Notes: generated from the letters alone by a model not told the origin. A DNA stretch of 45,009 nt from Myxococcales bacterium (GCA_037441385.1 JBBISH010000042.1:1-45009); one strand, 5' to 3'; counted from the stretch's first letter, positions 18,322 to 27,160 are shown. Made by a program: numbers and translations.

Positions 18322-19229
18322 CCGCACCGCGCAACGAGGGCGACTGGCTTGGCGTGGCCGAAAAAGGCAGCGCTTGGGGCATCGCCACCACCATCTGGCT
18401 CGCCACCGTGGCGGGTCGGCCGGCGGCGCGCCTGCTCGTGCGCGGCATCGCGCTTTGGTACACGCTGCTTCACCCCGGCGTGCGCCGCGCCAGCCGGACT
18501 TGGTGGCTGCATGCCAACGGCCAGCGGCCTGGCTTGGGGCAGATCTATCGGCATGTGTTGCGTTTTGCCCAAACCGTGCTGGATCGCTGCTTCTTTTTGC
18601 AGGGCAAGTTCGACTTGTTCGCGATCGAGCGCGACGGCCACCAGCACTTGGTCGATCTGCACGAAAGTGGCCGCGGCGCCTTGCTTTTGTCGGCACACGT
18701 GGGCTCCACAGAGGCGATGGCGGCCGGCGGCTATCACGACAAGTTGAAGATTCGCGTGGTGGGCTATTTCAAGAACGCGGCCATGATCAACGCTGCGTTG
18801 GGGCGCTTGGATCCCATGTCGGCGACGCGTGTCATCCACATCGAACCGGGGAGCGCCGACTCGGTGCTGGCAATCCGCGACCGCATCGAGGCAGGCGAAC
18901 TGCTGGCGGTGGCCGGCGATCGGATCGGCCTCTCGGATCGCACGGTGACGGCTGAGTTTTTTGGCGAGCCGGCGCGTTTCGCTACCGGGCCTTTTTTGCT
19001 GGCGGCCATGCTCAAGTGCCCCGTCTATTTTGTGGGCGGTCTGTATGAAGAGCCGAACAAGTACAAGCTGTTCTGCGAGCCATTTGCCGACCGCATCGAC
19101 CTGCCGCGCAAGGACCGCGAGGCCGCCCTGCAGCGCTATGCGGCGCAGTATGCCCAACGCCTGGAGCACTTCGCCCAGCGAGCGCCGGATAACTGGTTCA
19201 ATTTCTATGATTTCTGGAGCAAGTCGTGA
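18318..19229 (+). CDS. LpxL-family lipid acyltransferase (ApeJ C-terminal half-like)
   Basis: GTGA overlap. SAHVGSTE (HxxxxE), GDR, F..GPF and C-terminal PDNWFNFYDFW. Confidence 0.88.
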   Translation: MTAPRNEGDWLGVAEKGSAWGIATTIWLATVAGRPAARLLVRGIALWYTLLHPGVRRASRTWWLHANGQRPGLGQIYRHVLRFAQTVLDRCFFLQGKFDLFAIERDGHQHLVDLHESGRGALLLSAHVGSTEAMAAGGYHDKLKIRVVGYFKNAAMINAALGRLDPMSATRVIHIEPGSADSVLAIRDRIEAGELLAVAGDRIGLSDRTVTAEFFGEPARFATGPFLLAAMLKCPVYFVGGLYEEPNKYKLFCEPFADRIDLPRKDREAALQRYAAQYAQRLEHFAQRAPDNWFNFYDFWSKS

Positions 19230-20788
19230 CGTTTGACGCACCGGTGCCGGTGGTGCTGATGGGCCGGCAACCGCTGAACATCGAAGATATCTTGGACCTG
19301 GCCCACGGTCGGGCGCACGTGGCGCTGGACGACCATCCCGAGGTCGCGGCGCGCATCGACGCGGCGGCCCAGTTGCTGGCCAGCCTGGTCCGCGACAACC
19401 GGGTGGTCTACGGTGTGACGACCGGGGTGGGCGATTCGGTCACCACGGCGGTCGGCGGCGCGCACGTCGACGATCTGCCCTTGAACCTCCTGCGGTTCCA
19501 TGGCTGCGGCACCGGTCCAGCCCTGGACCCCGTGGCCGCGGCAGCGGTGGTCGCGACGCGCCTGGCCTCGCTGAGCCGGGGGCACTCGGGGGTGCGGCGG
19601 ACGGTGCTCGATCGGCTGTGCCACCTGCTGAACCACCGGATTCTGCCCGTGATTCCGGCGATCGGTTCGGTGGGTGCCAGCGGCGATTTGACCCCGCTGT
19701 CCTACGTGGCGGCGCTGCTGGTGGGCGAGCGCGAGGCCTGGGTGGCCGGCGAGCAGGTGCCGGCGGAAGTAGCCTTGCGCGACGCAGGGTTGCCGCCCCT
19801 GCAGCTGCTGGCCAAAGAGAGCCTGTCGCTGATGAACGGGACCAGCGCCATGACCGCGCTGGCGTGCCTGGCGTTGGCGCGGGCCCAGCGGTTGGCGCGG
19901 TGGATGGCAGCCCTGACGGCCGTGCAAAGCGACGTACTCCAAGGGAATCCGGCGCACTTTGACAAGCGCCTGTTCGAGTTGAAGCCACACCCCGGTCAAG
20001 CCCTGGTGGCGCGCTGGATCGCCGCCGACCTGGAGTATCCGCGCGCGCGACCGGCCAGTCCGGCGCGCCTGCAAGACCGCTACTCGATTCGTTGCGTGCC
20101 GCACATCGTGGGCGTGCTGGTCGACGCACTGGCCTGGATGCGCCCGTGGTTAGAGGTCGAGCTCAACAGCGTCAACGACAACCCCATCCTGGACCCAGAC
20201 AGCGGCGACGTGCTGCACGGCGGCAATTTCTACGGCGGCCACGTGGGCTTTGCCATGGACAGCCTGAAGGCGGCAGTGGCGAGCATGGTCGACCTGCTCG
20301 ACCGCCAGATGGTGCAACTCTGCGATCCCAAGATGAACCATGGGCTGCCGGCCAATTTGGTCGGCGCGGTGGGTCCCGAGCAAGCGGTGCACCACGGCTT
20401 CAAAGCGATGGCCATCGCTACCTCTGCCCTGGCGGCAGAAGCAGGCAAAATGGCGATGCCCGTCGCGGTGTTCTCGCGCTCGACCGAATGCCACAATCAA
20501 GACAAGGTGCCCATGGCGACCATTGCGGCCCGCGATGCCCTGGCCGTGCTGGACCTGGCAGAGACGGCGGCGGCCATGCTGACGCTGGCGGTGGTGCAGG
20601 CCGTCGATCTGCGGCACCAGCACGGTTGTCACCAGCGCTCGCGCGCCCTTCATACCTCGCTGCGGGCGGCGGTGCCGATGGTGACGGCGGATCGGCGCAT
20701 GGACAGGGACATTGCGCAGGTGCTCGCGCTGGTGCAGGCCGGTCAGTTGGATCTGGGCAGCGACGCCGACGGCGCGGAGGCCACGTGA
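19226..20788 (+). CDS. MIO-dependent aromatic amino acid ammonia-lyase (HAL/PAL/TAL family)
   Basis: VYGVTTG, GSVGASGDLTPL (ASG at 19676-19684), NGT, QDRYSIRC, DNP, HGGNF and HNQD motifs. Confidence 0.95.
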   Translation: MTFDAPVPVVLMGRQPLNIEDILDLAHGRAHVALDDHPEVAARIDAAAQLLASLVRDNRVVYGVTTGVGDSVTTAVGGAHVDDLPLNLLRFHGCGTGPALDPVAAAAVVATRLASLSRGHSGVRRTVLDRLCHLLNHRILPVIPAIGSVGASGDLTPLSYVAALLVGEREAWVAGEQVPAEVALRDAGLPPLQLLAKESLSLMNGTSAMTALACLALARAQRLARWMAALTAVQSDVLQGNPAHFDKRLFELKPHPGQALVARWIAADLEYPRARPASPARLQDRYSIRCVPHIVGVLVDALAWMRPWLEVELNSVNDNPILDPDSGDVLHGGNFYGGHVGFAMDSLKAAVASMVDLLDRQMVQLCDPKMNHGLPANLVGAVGPEQAVHHGFKAMAIATSALAAEAGKMAMPVAVFSRSTECHNQDKVPMATIAARDALAVLDLAETAAAMLTLAVVQAVDLRHQHGCHQRSRALHTSLRAAVPMVTADRRMDRDIAQVLALVQAGQLDLGSDADGAEAT

Positions 20789-21213
20789 AAGCCGAGGACA
20801 ACGCGATCGAAATCCGCCTGGAGGTGCCGTTTCACGACGTGGACGCGCTGCGCATCGTCTGGCACGGCCACTACCTGAAGTACCTGGAGCTGGCCCGCAC
20901 CGCCCTGCTGCGTGCCGGCGGGCTGGACATGGACGGCGTAGTGGCGCTGGGCTACGGCTTTTTGGTCGTCGAGACGCGGCTGCGCCACAGTGCGCCGCTG
21001 CGCTATGGCGATCAGTTCAGCGTGCGCTGTTGGTGCGTCGATCTGGATCACCGCCTGCATGTGGCGTACGAAATTCACAACTTGACCACCGGTCGCCGCG
21101 CCGCCCGCGCCAGCACCAAGTTGGTCACCATCGACCTGCAGGGCAACCTGCAGTACGAGACGCCCGATGCGATTCGCCAGTGTTTGCAGCGCGCTCTGCA
21201 TCGCCACGGCTAG
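20785..21213 (+). CDS. 4HBT-family acyl-CoA/ACP thioesterase (ApeK-like)
   Basis: GTGA overlap with GGAGG RBS. Hotdog motif VPFHDVDALRIVWHGHYLKYLELAR. Confidence 0.9.
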   Translation: MKAEDNAIEIRLEVPFHDVDALRIVWHGHYLKYLELARTALLRAGGLDMDGVVALGYGFLVVETRLRHSAPLRYGDQFSVRCWCVDLDHRLHVAYEIHNLTTGRRAARASTKLVTIDLQGNLQYETPDAIRQCLQRALHRHG

Positions 21214-21820
21214 CCTGACCGGCACGCTGGTCTGGGCCGCGCCAGCGCCCGCGGCGGCGACCGACCTGGCGGGACTGCTGAAGGCTCTGGCGCAAATGCC
21301 GGGGCTGCAGGCGCAGTTCGTCGAAAAGAAGACGATGGCGCTGCTCGCCGCCCCGCTGGTGACGACCGGAGCGCTGTACTACACGCAACCCGGCACGTTG
21401 GCTCGCCATACTGCGACTCCGGCGATGAGCGTGGTGGTGGTCGATGCCAAGCAGGTGCGGATGTGGGACGGCAAGCACTGGGAAGTGTTGGACTTTGCCA
21501 AGCAGCCGGTGGTGCGCGGCTTTGTCGACAGCTTCGTGCGGATCCTGCAGGGCGACGCGCCCGCGCTCGAACGCCTGTACGCGATGCAATTCACGGCCTT
21601 GCCCGAGGGACGCTGGACGCTGACACTGCGGCCCAAGCTGGCGCCCTTGAGCCAAGTGGTCGAAACCATGACCCTCTCTGGCCAAGGACTGGTCGTGCAG
21701 ACCATGCGCATGGTCGAAAAGGGCGGTGACGAGACGGTCACTACCTTTGCCGCGGTCGACACGGCGCGCCGGTTCAGCGACGCCGACAAGGCCAAGTTCT
21801 TCCCGCAGCCGGGCCGGTAA
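21167..21820 (+). CDS. LolA-like periplasmic lipid carrier (ApeL-like)
   Basis: Signal peptide, F.EKK...L..PL...G.L and W.LTLRP motifs. Gene order matches ape clusters. Confidence 0.82.
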   Translation: MRFASVCSALCIATASLTGTLVWAAPAPAAATDLAGLLKALAQMPGLQAQFVEKKTMALLAAPLVTTGALYYTQPGTLARHTATPAMSVVVVDAKQVRMWDGKHWEVLDFAKQPVVRGFVDSFVRILQGDAPALERLYAMQFTALPEGRWTLTLRPKLAPLSQVVETMTLSGQGLVVQTMRMVEKGGDETVTTFAAVDTARRFSDADKAKFFPQPGR

Positions 21821-21823
21821 CCG

Positions 21824-24223
21824 ATGCGGGCTTGGTGGCAGGCGCTGCTGCGCGACAAGCACCGGGGCGACGCGCTGGTGCTGGCCGTGGGTCTGCTGGC
21901 CACCATGGCGATGGCGGCGTACTTGGCGACCAGCCTGCGCGTGGCGAGCGACGCGGCGCAACTGCTGCCCGAGACCGGCGAGCGCGACCTGGCGCAAGTC
22001 GCGACGATGCTTGCCGAAAGCTCGCTAGCCCGCACCATGGTCCTGACGGTGGGTGCCAAGGACCTAAGCGAAGCCAAGCAGGCGGCTGACGAGCTGCGCG
22101 AAAAGCTGAGTCGCCACCCCGAAGTGGCGCTGGCCAGCGCCGGCCCGGATCCCAAGCTGGCCGACGCGTTCTGGCAGTTGTACGAGCCGCGGCGACTGCT
22201 GTTCGCCTCGGAGCGGCCAGAGACGGAGCTGCCGCAACGCCTGAGCGACGCGGGCCTGCAGAAGGCCGCTCAAGAGCTGAAGAATCAGCTGGCTCTGCCC
22301 ACCGCGCCGCTGGTCAAGAAGGTGGCCCCCGGCGATCCGCTGTTGCTGCTACCCAACCTATTGCGTAGGCTCTCCGAGGCCGGTGCCGACGGCGTGCACG
22401 TCGACGAAGGGCAATTCGTCACGCGCGACAGCCAGCGCGCTGTGCTCCTGTTGAGCCTGCGCCACAGCGCCCTGGACGCCGAGCACCAAGCGCCGCTGCT
22501 GATCGAGATCGAGCAGCAGTTTCATGCGATTGCGCGGTCGCACCAGGGCCGGGTCGATCTACAGCAGAGCGGCATCAACCGGTTTGCGGTGGCCTCGCGG
22601 CAGAGCATCGAGGCCGATGTTGCTCGCATCTCAACCGTCTCTACGGTGGCGATGGTGGCTCTGTTCGCGGTGCTGCTGCGCTCGCTGTGGCTGCTGTTGG
22701 TCGCGCAGATCCCCATTGTCTTTGCGCTGCTGTGTGGTGCCACCGCCACGCAGCTGCTGCAGGGCGAAGTCCACGGCCTGACGCTGGCCTTCGGCTCGAC
22801 CCTCATCGGCGTGTGCATCGACTACCCGGTGCACTTCCTGAACCATTTCACACTGGATCCGCACCCAGACGGTCCCAAGGCGGGTCTGCGGTCGCTGTGG
22901 CCCGGCCTGTGGCTGGGCGCGCTGACCACGGTGGCGGGGTTCGCCGGGCTGGGCTGGTCGTCGTACCCGGGCATGCGCGGCGTGGCGGTGTTCGCCTCGG
23001 TGGGCGTGCTGGCGGCGGTACTGGCGACGCGCTGGTTCCTGCCGCGGCTGGTGGCCGCGCAACCCCCTGCCAATCCTCTACAAAGGCGCATGGCGCAGCT
23101 GCTCGAGGCCGGGCTGGATGGTCTGCGGCAACGGCGGGCGCTCATCGCGGCGCTGCTGTTGGCGGCGGTGGCGCTGACCTTGGCGGGCCTGCCGCGGCTG
23201 CAATGGAACGACGACTTGGCGGCGCTCAACAGCCTGGATCCCAAGATCAAGCTGGAAGACGACGCGGTGCGCGCCCAGATCTCGGCGCTGGAGCCGGGCA
23301 CGGTGGTGGTGGCGACCGCGGCCAACTTCGAGACCGCGCTGCAGCGGAGCGATCAGGTGGCGCTGGCCCTGCAAGGGGCCGTGGAGAAAGGGCATCTCCA
23401 GCACTTTCGCTCGCTGCACAGCTTCTTGTGGTCCGCCGATCTCCAACAGCGCAACCAGCGCGCGCTGCGTACGTCGCCGCAACTGGCCGAGCGGCTGGAC
23501 CGTGCCTTTGCCCAAGAAGGCCTGCGCGCAGGCGTGTTTGCGCCCTTTGCCGCGCTGCTCCAGGGGCCCGAGGCGGCGCCACTGCGCTGGGAAGACCTGC
23601 AGACCACCCCGGCCGGGCCGCTGCTGCAGACCTTTCGCAGTACGCTGCAGGGCCAGCCGGCGATCCTGACGTTTGTGAGCGGGGTTCGCGACAGCGCGGC
23701 GGTCGCGCTGGCGGTAGCGGGGATCCCCGGCGTGCGGTTCTTTGACCAGCGCGCGTTTGTGAACCGCGCCTACGCCGCCTACAGAAGCAGCACGGCGAGC
23801 ATGATCCTGGTGGGCATCGTATTGATCCTGCTGCTGATTCTTGGCCGCTATCGCTCGCTGCGGCTGCTGGCGGTCGCGTCTGTGCCGGCGATCCTGGCCT
23901 GTGCCGCCACGCTGGGTTTGCTGAGTCTGCTGGGTCAGGCCCTGAACCTGCTGCACCTGGTGGGCCTGGTGATCGTGCTCTCGATCGGGGTGGACTACGG
24001 CGTCTACCTGGCCGAGACTGCCGCGCGCCGCGAAGGCGAGCCGGCCACGGCGTTGTCGATCGTGGCAGCCGGGCTGTCGGCGTTCTTGGCCTTTGGTCTT
24101 CTGGGGTTGTCGAGCAATCCGGCGATGCAGGCGCTGGGTTGGACCACGGGCCTGGGCATCCTGTTCAGCTTGGCGCTGGCGCCGACCTTGCTGCTGTTGC
24201 CAACCGGAGAGCGGAAAACATGA
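21824..24223 (+). CDS. MMPL/RND-like lipid exporter (ApeM-like)
   Basis: Two halves of TM bundles with large periplasmic loops. GVCIDYPVH and SIGVDYGVY motifs. Confidence 0.9.
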   Translation: MRAWWQALLRDKHRGDALVLAVGLLATMAMAAYLATSLRVASDAAQLLPETGERDLAQVATMLAESSLARTMVLTVGAKDLSEAKQAADELREKLSRHPEVALASAGPDPKLADAFWQLYEPRRLLFASERPETELPQRLSDAGLQKAAQELKNQLALPTAPLVKKVAPGDPLLLLPNLLRRLSEAGADGVHVDEGQFVTRDSQRAVLLLSLRHSALDAEHQAPLLIEIEQQFHAIARSHQGRVDLQQSGINRFAVASRQSIEADVARISTVSTVAMVALFAVLLRSLWLLLVAQIPIVFALLCGATATQLLQGEVHGLTLAFGSTLIGVCIDYPVHFLNHFTLDPHPDGPKAGLRSLWPGLWLGALTTVAGFAGLGWSSYPGMRGVAVFASVGVLAAVLATRWFLPRLVAAQPPANPLQRRMAQLLEAGLDGLRQRRALIAALLLAAVALTLAGLPRLQWNDDLAALNSLDPKIKLEDDAVRAQISALEPGTVVVATAANFETALQRSDQVALALQGAVEKGHLQHFRSLHSFLWSADLQQRNQRALRTSPQLAERLDRAFAQEGLRAGVFAPFAALLQGPEAAPLRWEDLQTTPAGPLLQTFRSTLQGQPAILTFVSGVRDSAAVALAVAGIPGVRFFDQRAFVNRAYAAYRSSTASMILVGIVLILLLILGRYRSLRLLAVASVPAILACAATLGLLSLLGQALNLLHLVGLVIVLSIGVDYGVYLAETAARREGEPATALSIVAAGLSAFLAFGLLGLSSNPAMQALGWTTGLGILFSLALAPTLLLLPTGERKT

Positions 24224-24873
24224 GACTTCTTGCTCTCTTGCTTGCCCTGGTGACCCTGCTGGGCTGTTCGGGCCAGCCGCTGCGTCCGCCGGTCTTGACG
24301 GACGCGATGTACCCGTGGCCGCTGCGCCCGCCGCAGGCGCTGGGCAAGAACTTCTTGTGGCAACAAAGGCTTACGGCTCGGGTCGGGCCGCGGAGCGACT
24401 CGCTGCAGGTGGCGGTGCAAAAGCAGGGCGACACGCTGACGATGATCGGCCTCACGCCGTTCAACACCAAGGCCTTTGCTCTGACCCAGACCGGCGACAC
24501 GATTGACTTCAAGAAGTTCGTCGACCGCGACCTGCCGTTTCCGCCGCGCTACGTACTGGTCGACTTCCAGCGCACCTGGCTGGCGCTGGGGCCGGTGGGG
24601 CTGGGACCGCTGCCGGATGCGGCGACGCTCCCGGCAGATATCAAAGAAACCATGACCTTGGATGGCGAAGTGCTGACGCAGCGCGCCCAGGGCGGCAAGC
24701 TGGTCGAGCGCAGCTTTGTCCGCGCGCCGGCGGGGGCCGGTCCGCAGCCGCCGCTGACGATCCGCTACAGCGGCTATCGGGCCGATGGGCTACCGGGCAA
24801 GGTGGTCCTGACCAACAAGTGGTTTGGCTACGAGCTGGAGGTCGAGACCCTGGCGGCCCAGCCGCTGCCTTGA
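24220..24873 (+). CDS. DUF3261-like lipoprotein (ApeN-like)
   Basis: ATGA overlap, lipobox LLGC, and QQ.L, GLTPF, LPFPPRYVLVDFQ and N.WFGY.L motifs. Follows the MMPL gene. Confidence 0.75.
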   Translation: MRLLALLLALVTLLGCSGQPLRPPVLTDAMYPWPLRPPQALGKNFLWQQRLTARVGPRSDSLQVAVQKQGDTLTMIGLTPFNTKAFALTQTGDTIDFKKFVDRDLPFPPRYVLVDFQRTWLALGPVGLGPLPDAATLPADIKETMTLDGEVLTQRAQGGKLVERSFVRAPAGAGPQPPLTIRYSGYRADGLPGKVVLTNKWFGYELEVETLAAQPLP

Positions 24874-24891
24874 CGACGTGTGGAGCGAACG

Positions 24892-26277
24892 ATGCGTATC
24901 GCCTTCGTTTCTGGCAACCGCGAGCTGCTGCCCGATGCGGTGATCCCGCTGGGGCTGCTGTACGTGATGGCGGCGACGCCCGAGCATCACGAAAAAGTCT
25001 TGTGGGATCTGTGCTTCGAGGACGATCCCCAGGCGACGCTGGCGCGCAACCTGGCGCAGTTCCAGCCGGATCTGGTGGCGCTGGGCATGCGCAACATCCA
25101 GAACAACGACTACAGCGACACGTCGACGAACATTCAGTATTACCAGGACTTGATCGCCACGGTGCGCAGAACCTGCGGCGCCAAGGTGGTGCTGGGCGGC
25201 GGCGGGTTTTCGGTGATGCCCGAGAAGCTTTTACTGCGTCTGGGCGCGGACTTTGGCATCTCGGGCGAGGGTGAGTCGGCCTTTGTGGCCTTGACCGAGG
25301 CGCTGCAGACCGGCGGCGACCTGAGCGCGGTGGGCAACCTGCACCTGCGTCGCGCCGGGGCCCTGCAAGCTACCGTCCACAGCAACCCGCCGGCCGTGGG
25401 CTGGCAGAACCTGGACCAGTTGGCGGTACCGGACCGAAGCGTTGTTGATCCGCGGCATTACGGCACGTATCACATCGACTCGGTGCAGACCAAGCGCGGC
25501 TGCGCCCTGCACTGCGACTACTGCACCTATCCGCTGATCGAAGGCCGCGCGGTGCGCCAGCGCAGTCCCGAGGCGGTGGCCGACGAGATGTGCCTGTCGC
25601 TAGAGAAGCGCCCCGAGATCAAGCACTTCTTTGTCGTCGACTCGGTGTTCAACCTGCCGCCGCGCCACGCCAAAGCGGTCTGTCGCGCGCTCATCGACCG
25701 CAAGTGGCAGGTGCCGTGGACCGCCTATGCCAACCCGCTCGCGTTTGATCGCGAACTGGCGGATTTGATGGTGGCGGCGGGCTGTGCCGGTGTGGAGATC
25801 GGTTCGGACAGCGGCGTAGACAGCGTGCTGACGCGCATGAAAAAGGGCTTCCTGCGCAAGGACATCGAGCGGATGCACCAGACTTGCGCCGCTGCGGGCC
25901 TGCGCGACTGCCACACGTTCATCTTGGGCACGCCCGGCGAGACGTTGGACGATGTCGCCGAGTCCTTGGATTTCTGCAGGGATCTCAGCCCATTCGCGGC
26001 TATCTTGATGATTTGGCTGGACGACGCTGAATCGCTGGACCCGCAGCTGGCGGCCGAGCGCACCCAGTTCCGCGAGCAGGTCAAGCAGCGCGTGCTGCAG
26101 AAAGCCGATGAATTTCCGCGGTGGATCATCCCGCCGCTGGGCGTGAACTTCGATCCCCGGCTCTTCGACTTCTTGCGCACGCTGGGGATGGCCGGGCCGC
26201 TCTGGCAGCACCTGGACCGCCTAGACGGTCGCCCGCGCACCCGCAAGCGCCGCCTTTTGCCCGCAACTACCGCCTAG
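24892..26277 (+). CDS. Cobalamin-binding radical SAM enzyme, lipid-biosynthesis type
   Basis: N-terminal B12-binding domain (PLGLLYV, GMRNIQN, VVLGGGGFS) and QTKRGCALHCDYC (CxxxCxxC). Last gene of the operon. Confidence 0.9.
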   Translation: MRIAFVSGNRELLPDAVIPLGLLYVMAATPEHHEKVLWDLCFEDDPQATLARNLAQFQPDLVALGMRNIQNNDYSDTSTNIQYYQDLIATVRRTCGAKVVLGGGGFSVMPEKLLLRLGADFGISGEGESAFVALTEALQTGGDLSAVGNLHLRRAGALQATVHSNPPAVGWQNLDQLAVPDRSVVDPRHYGTYHIDSVQTKRGCALHCDYCTYPLIEGRAVRQRSPEAVADEMCLSLEKRPEIKHFFVVDSVFNLPPRHAKAVCRALIDRKWQVPWTAYANPLAFDRELADLMVAAGCAGVEIGSDSGVDSVLTRMKKGFLRKDIERMHQTCAAAGLRDCHTFILGTPGETLDDVAESLDFCRDLSPFAAILMIWLDDAESLDPQLAAERTQFREQVKQRVLQKADEFPRWIIPPLGVNFDPRLFDFLRTLGMAGPLWQHLDRLDGRPRTRKRRLLPATTA

Positions 26278-26540
26278 TTGACGTGAACGGCAGTGGTATC
26301 CACCACTTGCTCGGCGGCCTTGGGCTCTTCGGCCTTGGCTTCGGTGGCCTTGGCGGCGTCTGCCATCGCCTGGGCGGCGCGGTCCAGGGTGTCCGACACG
26401 GTGCGCAGCAGCTGCGCCTGACCCTTGACGGCCGAGACACCCATCGAGAGGCCCTGGCGCGCCCACATCCCGCCGACGTCGACGAGCGTGTGCACGATTT
26501 CGGCTTGCTTGGGGCTCATTTTGCTGTAGATCGACTGCAT
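26274..26540 (-). CDS. Small Ala-rich helical hypothetical protein
   Basis: ATG 26540 with a purine-rich RBS (AAGGAAGAGG), 88 aa, 29 nt downstream of the RHH gene. Confidence 0.65.
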   Translation of the reverse strand: MQSIYSKMSPKQAEIVHTLVDVGGMWARQGLSMGVSAVKGQAQLLRTVSDTLDRAAQAMADAAKATEAKAEEPKAAEQVVDTTAVHVN

Positions 26541-26569
26541 CTTGTCCTCTTCCTTGCCGTGGTCCGGCA

Positions 26570-27106
26570 TCAAGCGGCCTGGTCGGGGTTGCGGCCCGGC
26601 AGGCATGGGTCACACACAAAACGGCGGGGCCCGGGCGTCTCGCTCAGGGCCACGTGAGCGGCAGTGCCAGGGACCAGTTGGGCCCCGCAGCGCGCGCAGT
26701 TGGCCGGCAGGTTCAACACCAGCGGCTGAAAACCATAAACATCGTCTAGACTTGCAAACTTGGCGACCGCGCTGCGCAGCTTGGCCCGCTCGTCGCCAAC
26801 GCGGTTCGCCACCGTGCGCAGCTCGCGCTCGATGCCCTGCCCAGCCCGGTCGGCGACCATCACCGCATCTTCCAGGATGGTGCGCACCAGGTTCGACACG
26901 GGGACGCGCAGGTTGTCGGCAAAGCGCTTCAGCTCGGCCTCTAGGACTGCGGGAACGCGCGTGTGCAGCACTCGCTCTTTGCGCTCGCGCTCGCTGCCGG
27001 TTTGCTCGGTGGCGTCGGCCGCGGCGGTCGGCTCGGCTTGGTCAGGCGCGGGTGCGGATTCGGATTCGGGCGTCTCGGCGGCGGGGTCAGTGGGCGCGGT
27101 GGTCAT
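26570..27106 (-). CDS. Putative ribbon-helix-helix DNA-binding protein with C-terminal Zn-finger
   Basis: VLHTRVPAVLEAELKRFADNLRVPVSNLVRTILEDA fits the RHH strand-helix-helix pattern. CARC...CDPC Cys pairs and GGAG RBS. Confidence 0.72.
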   Translation of the reverse strand: MTTAPTDPAAETPESESAPAPDQAEPTAAADATEQTGSERERKERVLHTRVPAVLEAELKRFADNLRVPVSNLVRTILEDAVMVADRAGQGIERELRTVANRVGDERAKLRSAVAKFASLDDVYGFQPLVLNLPANCARCGAQLVPGTAAHVALSETPGPRRFVCDPCLPGRNPDQAA

Positions 27107-27115
27107 GGCAACTCC

Positions 27116-27160
27116 GTATCACAACGAGTCACAATGTATCACAACGTCACACGCCGTCAA
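27116..27160 (-). promoter_or_regulatory. Sigma70-type promoter overlapped by three phased TTGTGA direct repeats (putative operator)
   Basis: -35 TTGACG (27160-27155), 16-nt spacer, TGn-TACATT (27138-27133). TCACAA at 27119, 27129 and 27139 on the plus strand, plus TCACAC at 27147. Confidence 0.7.

Noticed and set aside
19226..20788. Calling the lyase hutH (histidine utilisation)
   Set aside because: It is embedded in a lipid biosynthetic operon, has FH rather than SH, and has no hutU/I/G nearby.
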